This document shows positions 1 through 9,978 of a stretch of 64,000 nt of DNA, in pieces. Under the pieces are notes generated by a model, which saw only the letters and a list, made by a program, of their open reading frames with translations, had not been told where the DNA came from and made no database searches. The stretch lies in sequence record MZ443783.1; one strand, given 5' to 3'. The number at the start of each line of letters is the position of its first letter. Position 1 is the stretch's first letter. Made by a program: the position numbers and the translations under genes.

Positions 1-1506
1 ATGGAAATGTTTTCGCTTGGCCTGGAAGTTCGGGCCATTCGAACTGTCACGAACCCAAAGATTAAGGAAGGTTACCGGACGGCCATGATGGGTCGTCTGG
101 GGCCCTCCCACTTTAGTTCGGAAGTAACTCGCAAAGCATTCCGCCGCGTTACAAAGCTGGTGGAAGTGAAAAGCGAAATAATTGATTGGGAAGACTTGCT
201 GGAAGATCCGAACCTGAGCGAGGAGTTCAGGGACAGTCTGCGTGAAGCGGATGAGAAGCCAGCAAAGACCATGAAAGGTTTTGACAAGATATTCGACAGT
301 CTGGAGAAGTACCGCCAGCGCCGTGATATCATGAACCTCGGTAAGCAGATTGCTAAAGACTTTAGCGATGCAGACCCTGAGGAGTTCGACGAACAAACGT
401 ACATGCAAGAGCTGGCTGATAAGCTGGGTCAAGCGCAGCGCGGCACTCGTAAGACCGAGAAGGTTTGGTCATTCGGCGGCAAGAAGTCGAACGCATTAAA
501 GTTGGCGAAACAGGTAATCACTAACCCGAAAGAGGTGATGTACAAGACTGGCTTTAAAACATACGACGACAAGAACGGCGGTTGGCCGACTACTGGCGTT
601 GTGTTGTTAGCTGGTTCAACGTCTGGTGGTAAGTCTGTTATCTCGATGAACGTTGCGGATGCAATGGCGAAAGTGAACGGCATTCACTGTCTCAAGGTCA
701 CACTCGAAATGACCGCCGAGCAGGAAATGAAGCGTATGCTTTCGATGATCAGCGGCATCGACTTCTGGAAGATCAAGCAAGGCAAGTTGACCAAGCGTGA
801 ACAAGCCAAGCTGATGGATGCAGCCAAGAAGTACGATAAGATGGTACGCAAAGCGAAGGGACGTAACTCGTTTACCTCACCTGAGCGTGGAATGTCGATT
901 GATGATGTTCTGTGTATGTCTATCCCGTATGGCGTTCACGTAACATTCATCGACTACGTTGGTCTGTTAGAGGGTATCGACAACGATAACCAGTGGCGCG
1001 AACTGTCTACGATTGTTCGTAAAGCGAAAGTACACGCGAACGCAACAGGCCAGCTTGTTGTTATCCTGTGTCAGCTTGATGATCAGACAGGTCGTATTCG
1101 TTACTCTGGTGGTATGCGTGAACACGCCGACGTGGTGTGGGCATGGAACTACTCTGACCCAGAGATTCGTGAAGGTAAGCGCATCCCTGTTCAGGTAATG
1201 AAAGCGCGTGATGGTGAGTTGTTCGAAATGGCGTTGGAAGACGCATTCGAAACGATGACTGTACGCGATGCTGGCTCTGACGTTCCTGCCACAAGATCGA
1301 ATGCTATTGCTGCGGACGATATGGAAGGTAAGGGAGATTCCAAGAAGAAATTCGGAAAAGGTAATTTCAAGAAGAAAGATAAAATTGAGATTAAGAAGTC
1401 TCGTCGTGGCGCTGCTGCATTCCTTAACTCGGGAGCTGATAGCGATGATGACGATGGCGACCTACCGAAGAAAAAGAAAAAGCGCAAGTCGTATGACGTA
1501 GCTTAG
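1..1506 (+). CDS. DnaB-like (SF4) replicative DNA helicase; may start upstream of the window
   Basis: Walker A LAGSTSGGKS, LEM motif, Walker B FIDYVGLL, LCQL, RYSGGMREHAD (cf. LRxSGxIEQDAD), MKARDG. Confidence 0.85.
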   Translation: MEMFSLGLEVRAIRTVTNPKIKEGYRTAMMGRLGPSHFSSEVTRKAFRRVTKLVEVKSEIIDWEDLLEDPNLSEEFRDSLREADEKPAKTMKGFDKIFDSLEKYRQRRDIMNLGKQIAKDFSDADPEEFDEQTYMQELADKLGQAQRGTRKTEKVWSFGGKKSNALKLAKQVITNPKEVMYKTGFKTYDDKNGGWPTTGVVLLAGSTSGGKSVISMNVADAMAKVNGIHCLKVTLEMTAEQEMKRMLSMISGIDFWKIKQGKLTKREQAKLMDAAKKYDKMVRKAKGRNSFTSPERGMSIDDVLCMSIPYGVHVTFIDYVGLLEGIDNDNQWRELSTIVRKAKVHANATGQLVVILCQLDDQTGRIRYSGGMREHADVVWAWNYSDPEIREGKRIPVQVMKARDGELFEMALEDAFETMTVRDAGSDVPATRSNAIAADDMEGKGDSKKKFGKGNFKKKDKIEIKKSRRGAAAFLNSGADSDDDDGDLPKKKKKRKSYDVA

Positions 1507-1514
1507 GAGTCTTC

Positions 1515-1757
1515 ATGGACAACATCGACTGGCTTGTGTTTGACGACGCAGCCAACCTAAACATAGACAAGGATTATGTCTATCATGTTCGCACCAAGGA
1601 GGGTGCAGAGTATTCTGGTATGTACCCTAACGGTGCAGGCTTTCATTGCCAGAATCCCGGGGAACCGCGCCGTGTATCAATGTCTGACGTAACGCACTAT
1701 GCAGTGCAGATGACGTTTGATGATCACGCCGATAAATACGTGTTCAAACGTGAGTAA
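1515..1757 (+). CDS. hypothetical protein
   Basis: 80-aa ORF, GGAG RBS, tightly packed. Confidence 0.6.
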   Translation: MDNIDWLVFDDAANLNIDKDYVYHVRTKEGAEYSGMYPNGAGFHCQNPGEPRRVSMSDVTHYAVQMTFDDHADKYVFKRE

Positions 1758-2553
1758 GTTCGAAGGTCCGTACGGACTCACTGAGACAGAACACATGGTC
1801 CCACGCTGGACGTACCCTGTTAAGCATGGACAGGTTCGTCGTGTTGAAGCGTGGGAACTCGATACGATGCCGAATGCCACGCAGCAAGTGCGCATGGTAA
1901 ACGATATTCATGCAATCCACAGCACACCTGTAGAGGACTACGATGACGAACTCGACCTCGATGAAGAAGCCGCAACGATCTCAAAAACTGAGTCCAGACT
2001 TCTTATCAAGCCTCGACTCAATGAAATCCGCTCCCGTCACAACAAAGACCACATTAGTCCAGAGAACGTCTTCACCGTCAGCGACGAAGTAATTGATGGT
2101 GCGCTGGACAGCATTGACAGCTACTCGGAAACATTCCGCGAGTACCTGATGCACCATGTGTTCAGCCCGATACTTGGGTTTGACATTGCGGCAGGTGAAG
2201 TGGAAGCAATCGCCAAAGACTGCCTCAAAACGGATCTTGAGATAGACAGCGAGCTTGTGCCGTATATCGAGCGCGTAGGGCTTGCTAACGTTCTTGGCGC
2301 TATGCTGACGAAGTCACAGTCAGTGCCGGAACAAGTACGCGCAGACGTTCTGAAAGACTGGTTAATCAAAGCGTTTGATGACGTTCGCGCAGAGCACAAA
2401 GCGAAGAACACCACCAATGGTCTTCGTGCGCAAATTCGTCGTCTAATGCACGGCAACACCGACCTTGTTGCTAAAGGCACGGGCACAGGTATCGGTACGA
2501 CAAGAGGATTTTCTGAGTACAGGAAACAGATGAACGAGAATGGCCAAGCCTAA
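1750..2553 (+). CDS. hypothetical protein; position suggests possible terminase small subunit
   Basis: GTG start at 1750 overlapping the previous stop; directly upstream of and overlapping terL; TerS role is from synteny only. Confidence 0.55.
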   Translation: MSKFEGPYGLTETEHMVPRWTYPVKHGQVRRVEAWELDTMPNATQQVRMVNDIHAIHSTPVEDYDDELDLDEEAATISKTESRLLIKPRLNEIRSRHNKDHISPENVFTVSDEVIDGALDSIDSYSETFREYLMHHVFSPILGFDIAAGEVEAIAKDCLKTDLEIDSELVPYIERVGLANVLGAMLTKSQSVPEQVRADVLKDWLIKAFDDVRAEHKAKNTTNGLRAQIRRLMHGNTDLVAKGTGTGIGTTRGFSEYRKQMNENGQA

Positions 2554-5368
2554 GAAGGGTCCAGCTTTCTCCCTACGTCCAAAACGCATTGCGGCCTTTG
2601 ATGCGCTGCTTGGTGATGACGTACAGGTAGAGGCTTCCGCTGACATGGACTTCTTGTCAGATAATAGTTCAAGTGCGATTAACTTCTTGGAGAAGGGTGA
2701 GGTTAATATCGTTGACTTGGTTGAGGGCGCACTGGAACAACGCACCCTCGTACCACGCGATTTGAAGTTCGACGACAGTTCAATGCCTAAGGCGAAACAC
2801 TTCCTTGAGTGGTGCACTAGTCCCGACTTCCTTAAAGCCGAACCGTATCTTGAACAGGCCTTGATTGGTCTTCGCTTATTCGGAGAGATTTGCGTTCGAT
2901 GCTCTCCTAATCTGCAATGGATGTACACTGAAAACCACGAGCCACAAGAAACAACTGCCGCAATCGAGGAACACTTGCACCTGCTTCATAATGGTGTGTG
3001 CCCTCATTGCGGCGCTCGTCGTTCTGAGATGATTCGCAAGAAAGAGATGAACTTCTACAACGAACTGGCTGTGAACGCCGGACAGCGTTGTGTGATTGCT
3101 TCAACTCCTGTTGTGACTTCTCGTGGTATCATGCCTATTGGGCATATGATGGTCGGCCATGACACTCCTGGTTTCCATAAGCCTCGTCGCAACTTCAATG
3201 CGCACAACGGGCGGGAGATCAAGAACGTCAGTCAGGTGTATGTCTCCGATGAAAGCCCAACGAAAGTCGTGACTCTTGCAAATGGCATGTGGATTGAAGC
3301 AACTCATGAGCACCCTGTGCGCACTGAGCAAGGCTTCAAGAAAGTGTCTAAGCTGAAAGTAGGCGACCGTATCGAAATCAAACTCGGTACGAACTCGTGG
3401 GGTAAGATCCAACGTCCTGTGTCTATCTATGATGCTGGACTCTCCGTGCGTGAGGAAGCTCTGCGATATATCGCTGACCGCTCGCTCGCAATCGGAGACA
3501 AGATGCAGTATGTGTCCGATGATGTTGACGCGCTACAGATGGTGTGGTCGATTCTTATCAATGCTGGCCATATGCCTCAAGTGTTGCATGACACGCGAAG
3601 CTGGAGCATTGTTTATGATCTCAATGAGCCGCCTGAGTGCCGCTCTCTCCATGTCGAAGTGCAGTCAGTAGATGAAGGTACACCTCAGGTAACGTATGAT
3701 CTACAGATGGAGGGCTTGCCTCAATTCGTAGCGTCAGGCCTGCTGCATCACAATAGCGGTAAGTCGGTTGTGGTAGCGATGATCTCTACCTATCTGACAC
3801 ACAGACTGCTTATGTCGCAATCGCCTACTGGTATCTTGAGCATCGACAGCACAACCGTATTGCACGGAACGTTCGTCGCGCTGACCCAGAAGCAAGCGGC
3901 AGATACACTCTGGACGCCGTACTTCAACTACATCATGGGTAGTCCTTGGTTCCAAGCCTATCATGATCTGATTCGCAAACACGAGCGCCGTTACGGCATC
4001 GAGGTGATGAAGATTCGTGATACGTTCGTTTTGTACGGACACAGGAACTTTGTTATCTACCCAGCAGGCCCAGATGGTCGTATTCTTCGTGGTCGAACCC
4101 GTGTACTGGCGGTGATCGATGAAGTGGCGTATTTCGACAACGACGCCCAATCCAAAAAGATCAAAGTCAGTGCTGGTGCAGTGTACGGAGCACTCGACCG
4201 TTCACTTGCAACCGTGCGAGCGAAAGAGAAACGACAAGTCGAGGCAGGCTACGACGAGGCATTCACGGGCTACTTCTGCAACATCAGTAGTCCGGTACAC
4301 GCTCGTGATAAAATCAATGAGCTGTTGCGTATGTCAGTAGGCTCGGAGAAGCTGTTAGGCATTCATGCTCCTACGTGGAAGATGAACCCTGATATGCCAC
4401 GTAACTCCGAGTTCCTTGTCGAAGCATTCCGTCGTGACCCTGTTGGTGCAGCGCGAGATTATGGCGCAGAAGCACCGTTGTCCGCTAACCCGTTCATCAC
4501 GCAGCCTACGTTTATCGCAGATGCTATCCGTGAGAAAGGTCGTTCGATGTGTACCTACACGCATCATATCATTCGACACAAAGACGGTGAACGCCAGCGC
4601 TACGGTAGTCTGGTAAAAGCGGCAACGACAACCAAGGCGTCCATCCTTGCGATAGATGCTGGCTTCTCGAATAACAGCTTCGCACTCGTAACAGGTTCGC
4701 GTGGTGACGATGGTATTATCAGTGTTGACTGTCTGGTGGAGATCGTTCCAAAGCCAGGCATACCTCTGAACTACACTCTCATCTTTGACGAACTGCTTAT
4801 ACCTCTGTGTAAAGCGCGTAACGTGCGCGTCATGCTTGCTGACCAGTGGCAGTCTCTCAAACTGCTGCAAGACGCCAAGCTGAAAGTTGATTCGATTGAG
4901 GAGTCCGATCAGTACAGCCTGAAATATCAGGACATGTGGACTGTGAAGACGATGTTTGAATCCACTCCATCGAAAATCAGTTTACCGCGTATGACTCACG
5001 CCAACACGATTATGGACACGCTGAAATACGATGGCGATGAATATCCTCAGTGCTTCGAGAACAAACCAACAGAGCACTTGATCATGCAGCTCCAGACAGT
5101 GCAGGACACTGGGCGTAGCGTAATCAAGAACACAGGTGCAACCGATGACTTGTGGCGAGCGATGGCACTCATGGTCTATGGCTTCGAGTGTGGTAACTAC
5201 GACGAGTATCTGACGAAAGCGCCAGAAGTAGCAATCAACCGTGACCCGAATCGCTTGGGTCGTGTGGCGCATAGGCTTAACTCTGGCTCTGCTTCTATTG
5301 GCCGTCCACAGCTTAGTGGTGGTCGTGTTCTTGGTTCTGCGCGTACTCGGATGATCGGCCGTAAGTAA
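2540..5368 (+). CDS. terL: terminase large subunit, intein-containing
   Basis: After intein removal Walker A reads AVNAGQR/SGKS; Walker B LAVIDEVAYF; RNase H-like nuclease ILAIDAGFSNN and C-terminal DDLWRA; precedes a portal-sized gene. Confidence 0.85.
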   Translation: MAKPKKGPAFSLRPKRIAAFDALLGDDVQVEASADMDFLSDNSSSAINFLEKGEVNIVDLVEGALEQRTLVPRDLKFDDSSMPKAKHFLEWCTSPDFLKAEPYLEQALIGLRLFGEICVRCSPNLQWMYTENHEPQETTAAIEEHLHLLHNGVCPHCGARRSEMIRKKEMNFYNELAVNAGQRCVIASTPVVTSRGIMPIGHMMVGHDTPGFHKPRRNFNAHNGREIKNVSQVYVSDESPTKVVTLANGMWIEATHEHPVRTEQGFKKVSKLKVGDRIEIKLGTNSWGKIQRPVSIYDAGLSVREEALRYIADRSLAIGDKMQYVSDDVDALQMVWSILINAGHMPQVLHDTRSWSIVYDLNEPPECRSLHVEVQSVDEGTPQVTYDLQMEGLPQFVASGLLHHNSGKSVVVAMISTYLTHRLLMSQSPTGILSIDSTTVLHGTFVALTQKQAADTLWTPYFNYIMGSPWFQAYHDLIRKHERRYGIEVMKIRDTFVLYGHRNFVIYPAGPDGRILRGRTRVLAVIDEVAYFDNDAQSKKIKVSAGAVYGALDRSLATVRAKEKRQVEAGYDEAFTGYFCNISSPVHARDKINELLRMSVGSEKLLGIHAPTWKMNPDMPRNSEFLVEAFRRDPVGAARDYGAEAPLSANPFITQPTFIADAIREKGRSMCTYTHHIIRHKDGERQRYGSLVKAATTTKASILAIDAGFSNNSFALVTGSRGDDGIISVDCLVEIVPKPGIPLNYTLIFDELLIPLCKARNVRVMLADQWQSLKLLQDAKLKVDSIEESDQYSLKYQDMWTVKTMFESTPSKISLPRMTHANTIMDTLKYDGDEYPQCFENKPTEHLIMQLQTVQDTGRSVIKNTGATDDLWRAMALMVYGFECGNYDEYLTKAPEVAINRDPNRLGRVAHRLNSGSASIGRPQLSGGRVLGSARTRMIGRK
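3089..3754 (+). mobile_element. intein (222 aa) in the TerL Walker A, endonuclease largely deleted
   Basis: Starts CVIASTPV, block B IEATHEHPV, block F TYDLQM, ends LLHHN with +1 Ser. Confidence 0.9.
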
Positions 5369-5370
5369 GC

Positions 5371-5386
5371 TAATTTAACCGAGTCA
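5371..5386 (+). promoter_or_regulatory. putative phage promoter motif TAATTTAACCGAGTCA
   Basis: TAATTT 30 nt upstream of ATG 5401; near-identical TAATTTAAGCGAGTCA on the - strand at 46377-46362. Confidence 0.5.
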
Positions 5387-5400
5387 GCAACTAGAGGAAT

Positions 5401-5622
5401 ATGATCATGAGTAAGCACTATAACCCATTGCTCAACAATAACTCTGTAAAGTCAGAGTCAAGCGGCAAGCAGGTGGAAAGCACCAGCGCCGCTTTCGTTG
5501 TTGAGAGCGCTAACGTGTGTCCCAAATGCAGCTCTGCGACTGTCCCTACACAACTTCTCTCAGGAGAGGGTGTGATGTTCTGTACAGGCTGCCGCGTGAG
5601 CCTCGCAATCCCATTGAAGTGA
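5401..5622 (+). CDS. small zinc-ribbon protein
   Basis: CPKC...CTGC, AGAGG RBS. Confidence 0.7.
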   Translation: MIMSKHYNPLLNNNSVKSESSGKQVESTSAAFVVESANVCPKCSSATVPTQLLSGEGVMFCTGCRVSLAIPLK

Positions 5623-5629
5623 GGTAATT

Positions 5630-7567
5630 ATGGGCGTCCAGGTTGGTCGTCGTCAATTAGGCGGCACACACCAAGAGCCTGCAAAGAAGAAAGAAAAATC
5701 TCTCGGCGCAGCCTCTTTACCGCGCGAGATAGGCAAAGCAATCCGCAGTGAGAGTTCACGTCGTCATTCAGACTTCGTATCTCAATCTGCGGGTGGCGCA
5801 GGAATGGCTGCCGGTAATATGCAGATTGGTACCGTGCCTCTTGATATCGACTTAGAGCCGATGATGGAAGGTATGGACTATGATGCTGATGACCGACAGC
5901 TATTCAATGTCTACCGCGATATGTACCACTTTGACCCAATCTGCGGCTCCTACGTGGACCTGTTCTCGACGCTGCCATTCTCCGATGTGAGTTTCAGTGG
6001 CGCTAAGGACAGTGTCCTTGAGCCGTACTACGAAGTGAACGAACGTCTGTCACTGACAACCAGTATGCCGAACATCACAACCGATATTCAGGTTACTGGC
6101 GCGTTCTGTGGCTCGATGATCTACAACAAAGACCGTAAAAAGTTTATCGACCTGATGACGCACCGTTACGACAACATCGACGTAACGCCACTGCCGTTTA
6201 TCAGTCAGGACCCGATGTTCGAACTGCGCATTCCTCAATACGTGAAGTCTGCTTTCGCTAAAGAAGGCAAACGCATTGACGCGCTGAAAAAAGAACTGGG
6301 CCCCGCGTTCGTTGATAAGCTCATGAACGACGTGACGATGGAACTCGACCCTATCGGCACAATCTACATCCCACGTAAAACGTTCAGCTTTGGCGAAGGT
6401 ATCTCGGTGTTACGCCGTGTCCTGCCGATTTGGCTGATTGAGAAGAATCTCTATCGTGGTACGCTGATTGAGTCAGGCCGTCGTCAACGTGGTATCTTAC
6501 ATGCCCAGCTGGGTGATGGTGATCAGTGGGAACCGTCGCAAGAAGAAATGGACTTTATGACCGACCTTCTTCTGTCTGCGGATAGTGACCCGATTGGATC
6601 TATCATTACAACCAGACTCGGTGTGAACATCAGTGAGTTCCGTCAAGGCGGTGACTTCTGGAAGATTACGGATATCTGGGACCAGACTGCTCAATTCAAA
6701 ATGCGAGCGATGGGTATCAGTGAAGCGTTCCTCTCTGGCGAAGCGAACTATGACTCGGGTGCTGCTGGCCTGACGATCTTCGTTGAGGCGATGCGAGCGT
6801 TCCGTGATCATCTGACGCGTAAAGTCTACTACGAGAAAGTCTTCCCTCTTATCAGTATGATGAATGGCTTGGCTGTTCAGCGTAACGGTAAGATTATCAA
6901 AAAGAACAACATGATGGAAGGTGGCCTGACCGAAGTAATGTACAAGATGAATGACGGCTCTAAGCTGTTTATTCCTAACGTGCATTGGTCTAAGCAACTG
7001 CGTCCTGATGTTGACCAGGCGATGATGGAAAACTTACGTGCGATGACTGAGCTGGGTGTTCCAGTTCCGTTACGTGCTATCGCTGCGGCTGGCGGGTACA
7101 ACTTCGACCAGATTCTTATGGATCAGGATGAAGACCTCGCAATGCGCCGTAAGCTGATGGCGTACCGCAAACGTCAGGCTGAAATCGATCAGGAGTTCGC
7201 TCCGCCTGAGCCAGGTGCTGGCGGTGGTGACGGTGATAGCTTTAGTTCTGTTAGCTCAATGTCTGCTGACTTGCAGCGCCGTCGCCGTCACGTAGCTGGT
7301 ATCGGTCTGTCTTCTGCTGTACTTGGTGGCGAGCAACGCAAGCTGCTTAACCGTGACTTCGGTGAACGTTCTGAAATCTTTGAACTGTCCAAGACAGGTA
7401 AGAAGAAGCACGTCTTCCGTCAGTCCGTTGCTAACAGCAAAGCAAATGACGCTATCTGGAAAGCGGCTAAGACGTATGAGGCAAACAAAACGATGCCACT
7501 GGATAACGGCAAGGTATCATTCCAGCCGACACCTGGTGAGCTTCGTGCAATGTCGAGACTCCGTTAA
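5630..7567 (+). CDS. probable portal protein
   Basis: 645 aa, follows terL, GAGG RBS; assignment rests mainly on size and synteny. Confidence 0.55.
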   Translation: MGVQVGRRQLGGTHQEPAKKKEKSLGAASLPREIGKAIRSESSRRHSDFVSQSAGGAGMAAGNMQIGTVPLDIDLEPMMEGMDYDADDRQLFNVYRDMYHFDPICGSYVDLFSTLPFSDVSFSGAKDSVLEPYYEVNERLSLTTSMPNITTDIQVTGAFCGSMIYNKDRKKFIDLMTHRYDNIDVTPLPFISQDPMFELRIPQYVKSAFAKEGKRIDALKKELGPAFVDKLMNDVTMELDPIGTIYIPRKTFSFGEGISVLRRVLPIWLIEKNLYRGTLIESGRRQRGILHAQLGDGDQWEPSQEEMDFMTDLLLSADSDPIGSIITTRLGVNISEFRQGGDFWKITDIWDQTAQFKMRAMGISEAFLSGEANYDSGAAGLTIFVEAMRAFRDHLTRKVYYEKVFPLISMMNGLAVQRNGKIIKKNNMMEGGLTEVMYKMNDGSKLFIPNVHWSKQLRPDVDQAMMENLRAMTELGVPVPLRAIAAAGGYNFDQILMDQDEDLAMRRKLMAYRKRQAEIDQEFAPPEPGAGGGDGDSFSSVSSMSADLQRRRRHVAGIGLSSAVLGGEQRKLLNRDFGERSEIFELSKTGKKKHVFRQSVANSKANDAIWKAAKTYEANKTMPLDNGKVSFQPTPGELRAMSRLR

Positions 7568-7902
7568 TGTACAACGTAGCAACGTGTCCAATTGACGGTA
7601 CTGAGAAGGTGGTTGTGTATCGCCACCCTATCTTTACTGACTACGGTTTGGGTTTGAAGATAGACCGCAATCCTGATATGCCTATTGTCGAATGCAATAT
7701 CGTGACAGGCACTATCGACGGCGAATCTAAACTCGAAACCATCAGCGACCATACGGCACCACTCGAAGTTCAGGTGTGGTGTTTTACTGGTATGCTGACT
7801 CTGCGCGAATCTGTAAATATGCAGAGCCTATCACTCGATGCTTTATTCCCTAATAACGGAGGCATCGTATACTACAGACAAAACCAGGAGAGTACATCGT
7901 GA
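7567..7902 (+). CDS. hypothetical protein
   Basis: TAATG coupling to the previous gene. Confidence 0.6.
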   Translation: MYNVATCPIDGTEKVVVYRHPIFTDYGLGLKIDRNPDMPIVECNIVTGTIDGESKLETISDHTAPLEVQVWCFTGMLTLRESVNMQSLSLDALFPNNGGIVYYRQNQESTS

Positions 7903-8282
7903 GTGGATTATTCCCGCATCGCGTTATCGATCAGAAAGCAGGTTTCGTATTCGTTGTGCAGCCTGCCGACGAAAACGATGAAGACGCGGTTGAAGCGGCT
8001 AAGGAAGTTGAAGCCGTTCTGACCGAAGCGTGGCCGACTGCGCCGTCTGAACTGTCTGTCGAAGACGTGCGTGACCCAGAAGAAGCCGAGCTGGTATTTG
8101 CTGATATCATGCAACTGCTGGAAGAAGCAGAGCGTGAAGAAGCAAATCAGATCGTGGTTAGTGGTATTCTGATTGTCGGCGATCTGGTCATCGTCAACTG
8201 TATGTTGACTGGTGAAGACCTGTCTGACGAAGAAGACGAAGACGATGATTCCGTTGAAGCCGACGAAGAAGACTTCGCTTAA
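7899..8282 (+). CDS. highly acidic hypothetical protein
   Basis: GTG start with AGGAG RBS; very D/E-rich. Confidence 0.65.
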   Translation: MSGLFPHRVIDQKAGFVFVVQPADENDEDAVEAAKEVEAVLTEAWPTAPSELSVEDVRDPEEAELVFADIMQLLEEAEREEANQIVVSGILIVGDLVIVNCMLTGEDLSDEEDEDDDSVEADEEDFA

Positions 8283-8310
8283 CGTCTGTCGTGAGGACCT
8301 TCGGGTCCTC

Positions 8311-8445
8311 ATGAATCTAACCGAGACTAATCCGGTATACGCAGCAAAGTTCCTTACGAACAAAAACGACGACGAAGCACGGTCGTTACTTGCTGCCCTT
8401 AAAAACGATGAGGTAACATCACTGTACGATCTAATGGTGACGTGA
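8311..8445 (+). CDS. small hypothetical protein
   Basis: ATG 8311 in the 8212..8445 frame, fills the gap, overlaps the next start. Confidence 0.4.
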   Translation: MNLTETNPVYAAKFLTNKNDDEARSLLAALKNDEVTSLYDLMVT

Positions 8446-8942
8446 TGGAAAATAGTACCGCGGACGAAAGTCCTAATAGCGCAAGGCATCGCATATTCTT
8501 CAAGCAGCCGAAACGAGTACCTCCCTTCGATACAGCTTTCGTTCGTTCATCTAATCGTGAAGGTCTGAAAGTCCTCCTATCGGCTGCCCCTGAACATTGT
8601 CAGATCATTTTGTTTTCGGACGGTCTCGGCATCGCTTATGCCATGAAACGCCTCTTTAAGCGCAACTTCAAACTCTGTTCGCAAGCTCTACAATTCGACC
8701 TTAGGACACTTACGTTCACAGGTCAAGTCGTCTATCAATTCACTCGCGGTGGCGGTGTGTACGACCCTCTGGCCAGATACTTCTGCGCTGGCGATAGTCA
8801 TCTGCATGAACTCGCACAGACGACGAAGATTGCCGAAACCGAAACGGACACCATTGATATGTTCTGTTGCGGCTTGGCGTTCCATCGCGTGTTGCTTGAG
8901 CGTGGTCGAGGGCGTTCTATCGTTTTCGCGGAGGAACAATGA
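8445..8942 (+). CDS. hypothetical protein
   Basis: Coupled ORF with ATGA overlap into the exonuclease. Confidence 0.6.
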   Translation: MENSTADESPNSARHRIFFKQPKRVPPFDTAFVRSSNREGLKVLLSAAPEHCQIILFSDGLGIAYAMKRLFKRNFKLCSQALQFDLRTLTFTGQVVYQFTRGGGVYDPLARYFCAGDSHLHELAQTTKIAETETDTIDMFCCGLAFHRVLLERGRGRSIVFAEEQ

Positions 8943-9967
8943 GTAGATCGTTCGCCTCTATCGGGAAGACTCCCGTTGCAGGTGCTACCCAGAAGATGAA
9001 GATCAAGTACGGCAAACAGCCGATGCTTCACATTGTTGATGCGTCAAACTGGATGTGCCGTGCTTACTTCGCTACAAATAAGAACCCTACCTATGCCAAA
9101 GACGGTACGCCTACTTACGGCTTACGCCAGTTCATGAACATGGTCAAGGACCTGATTGATATTGCTGCGAAAGACCCTAACGGTGCATATCTCGCATTCT
9201 GCTTCGACCCAGGCTCTAACGAGACTTGGCGTTATCGCGCTATCCAGCAATGGACAGCCGAGAACAAGAAGAAGTTTGTGCGTCAGGTCTTCAAAAAGAG
9301 TAGCGATTACAAAGGCAATCGTGATCGCTCTCTGACAAAAGAGCTGGGCGTCCAGATGAAGTTGGCCCGCGACATTCTGGAAATGGCTGGCTACTATGTT
9401 GGCCTGAAACGTCCGTATGAGTGTGATGATTTGGTCGGCACGTTAAGCGACCGCTTCAAGCACAAGTACCTGATCAAGCTCTATTCGCGTGACAAAGACT
9501 ACGTGCAACTTGTTGACCACAAGAACGTGGAGCTTATCATGCAAGCGCAGTCGAATGCAGCCGAGCGTCGCTTCACGCTTAAAACCGCTCAAGGATTCTT
9601 CGGTGTACCTCCAGACCGTGTTATTGATATGCTTGCCCTCTCTGGCGATAGCGTCGATAACGTACCTGGGATTCCTGGCATTGGCGAAAAGACTGCTGCC
9701 GAGTTTATCAACCGCTTTGGTGGTGCTCTCGAACTTCGAGAAGCGTTACTCAGTGGTGAACTCAAATCGAAGGCCGGTTGGGCGAAAGCTCTTATCGGGG
9801 AAATCCCTTCAATGGATATTGAATTGCAGATGGAGCTTGTAACTATCGACCGTAACGTACCGACGCTTCCACGTAAGCTCGATGCGTTCGTGCCTGGCCG
9901 ACCAGACATAAAAGCGTTGAAAGCAACTATGAAACGCCTGGGTCTGCCTCACTTATTACACGTCTAG
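8939..9967 (+). CDS. 5'-3' exonuclease / flap endonuclease (Pol I N-terminal / T4 RNase H-like)
   Basis: HIVDASNWMCRAYF, FCFD, YKGNR, YECDDLVGT, SRDKDYVQL, H3TH LSGDSVDNVPGIPGIGEKTA. Confidence 0.92.
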   Translation: MSRSFASIGKTPVAGATQKMKIKYGKQPMLHIVDASNWMCRAYFATNKNPTYAKDGTPTYGLRQFMNMVKDLIDIAAKDPNGAYLAFCFDPGSNETWRYRAIQQWTAENKKKFVRQVFKKSSDYKGNRDRSLTKELGVQMKLARDILEMAGYYVGLKRPYECDDLVGTLSDRFKHKYLIKLYSRDKDYVQLVDHKNVELIMQAQSNAAERRFTLKTAQGFFGVPPDRVIDMLALSGDSVDNVPGIPGIGEKTAAEFINRFGGALELREALLSGELKSKAGWAKALIGEIPSMDIELQMELVTIDRNVPTLPRKLDAFVPGRPDIKALKATMKRLGLPHLLHV

Positions 9968-9978
9968 TAGAGGATAGC

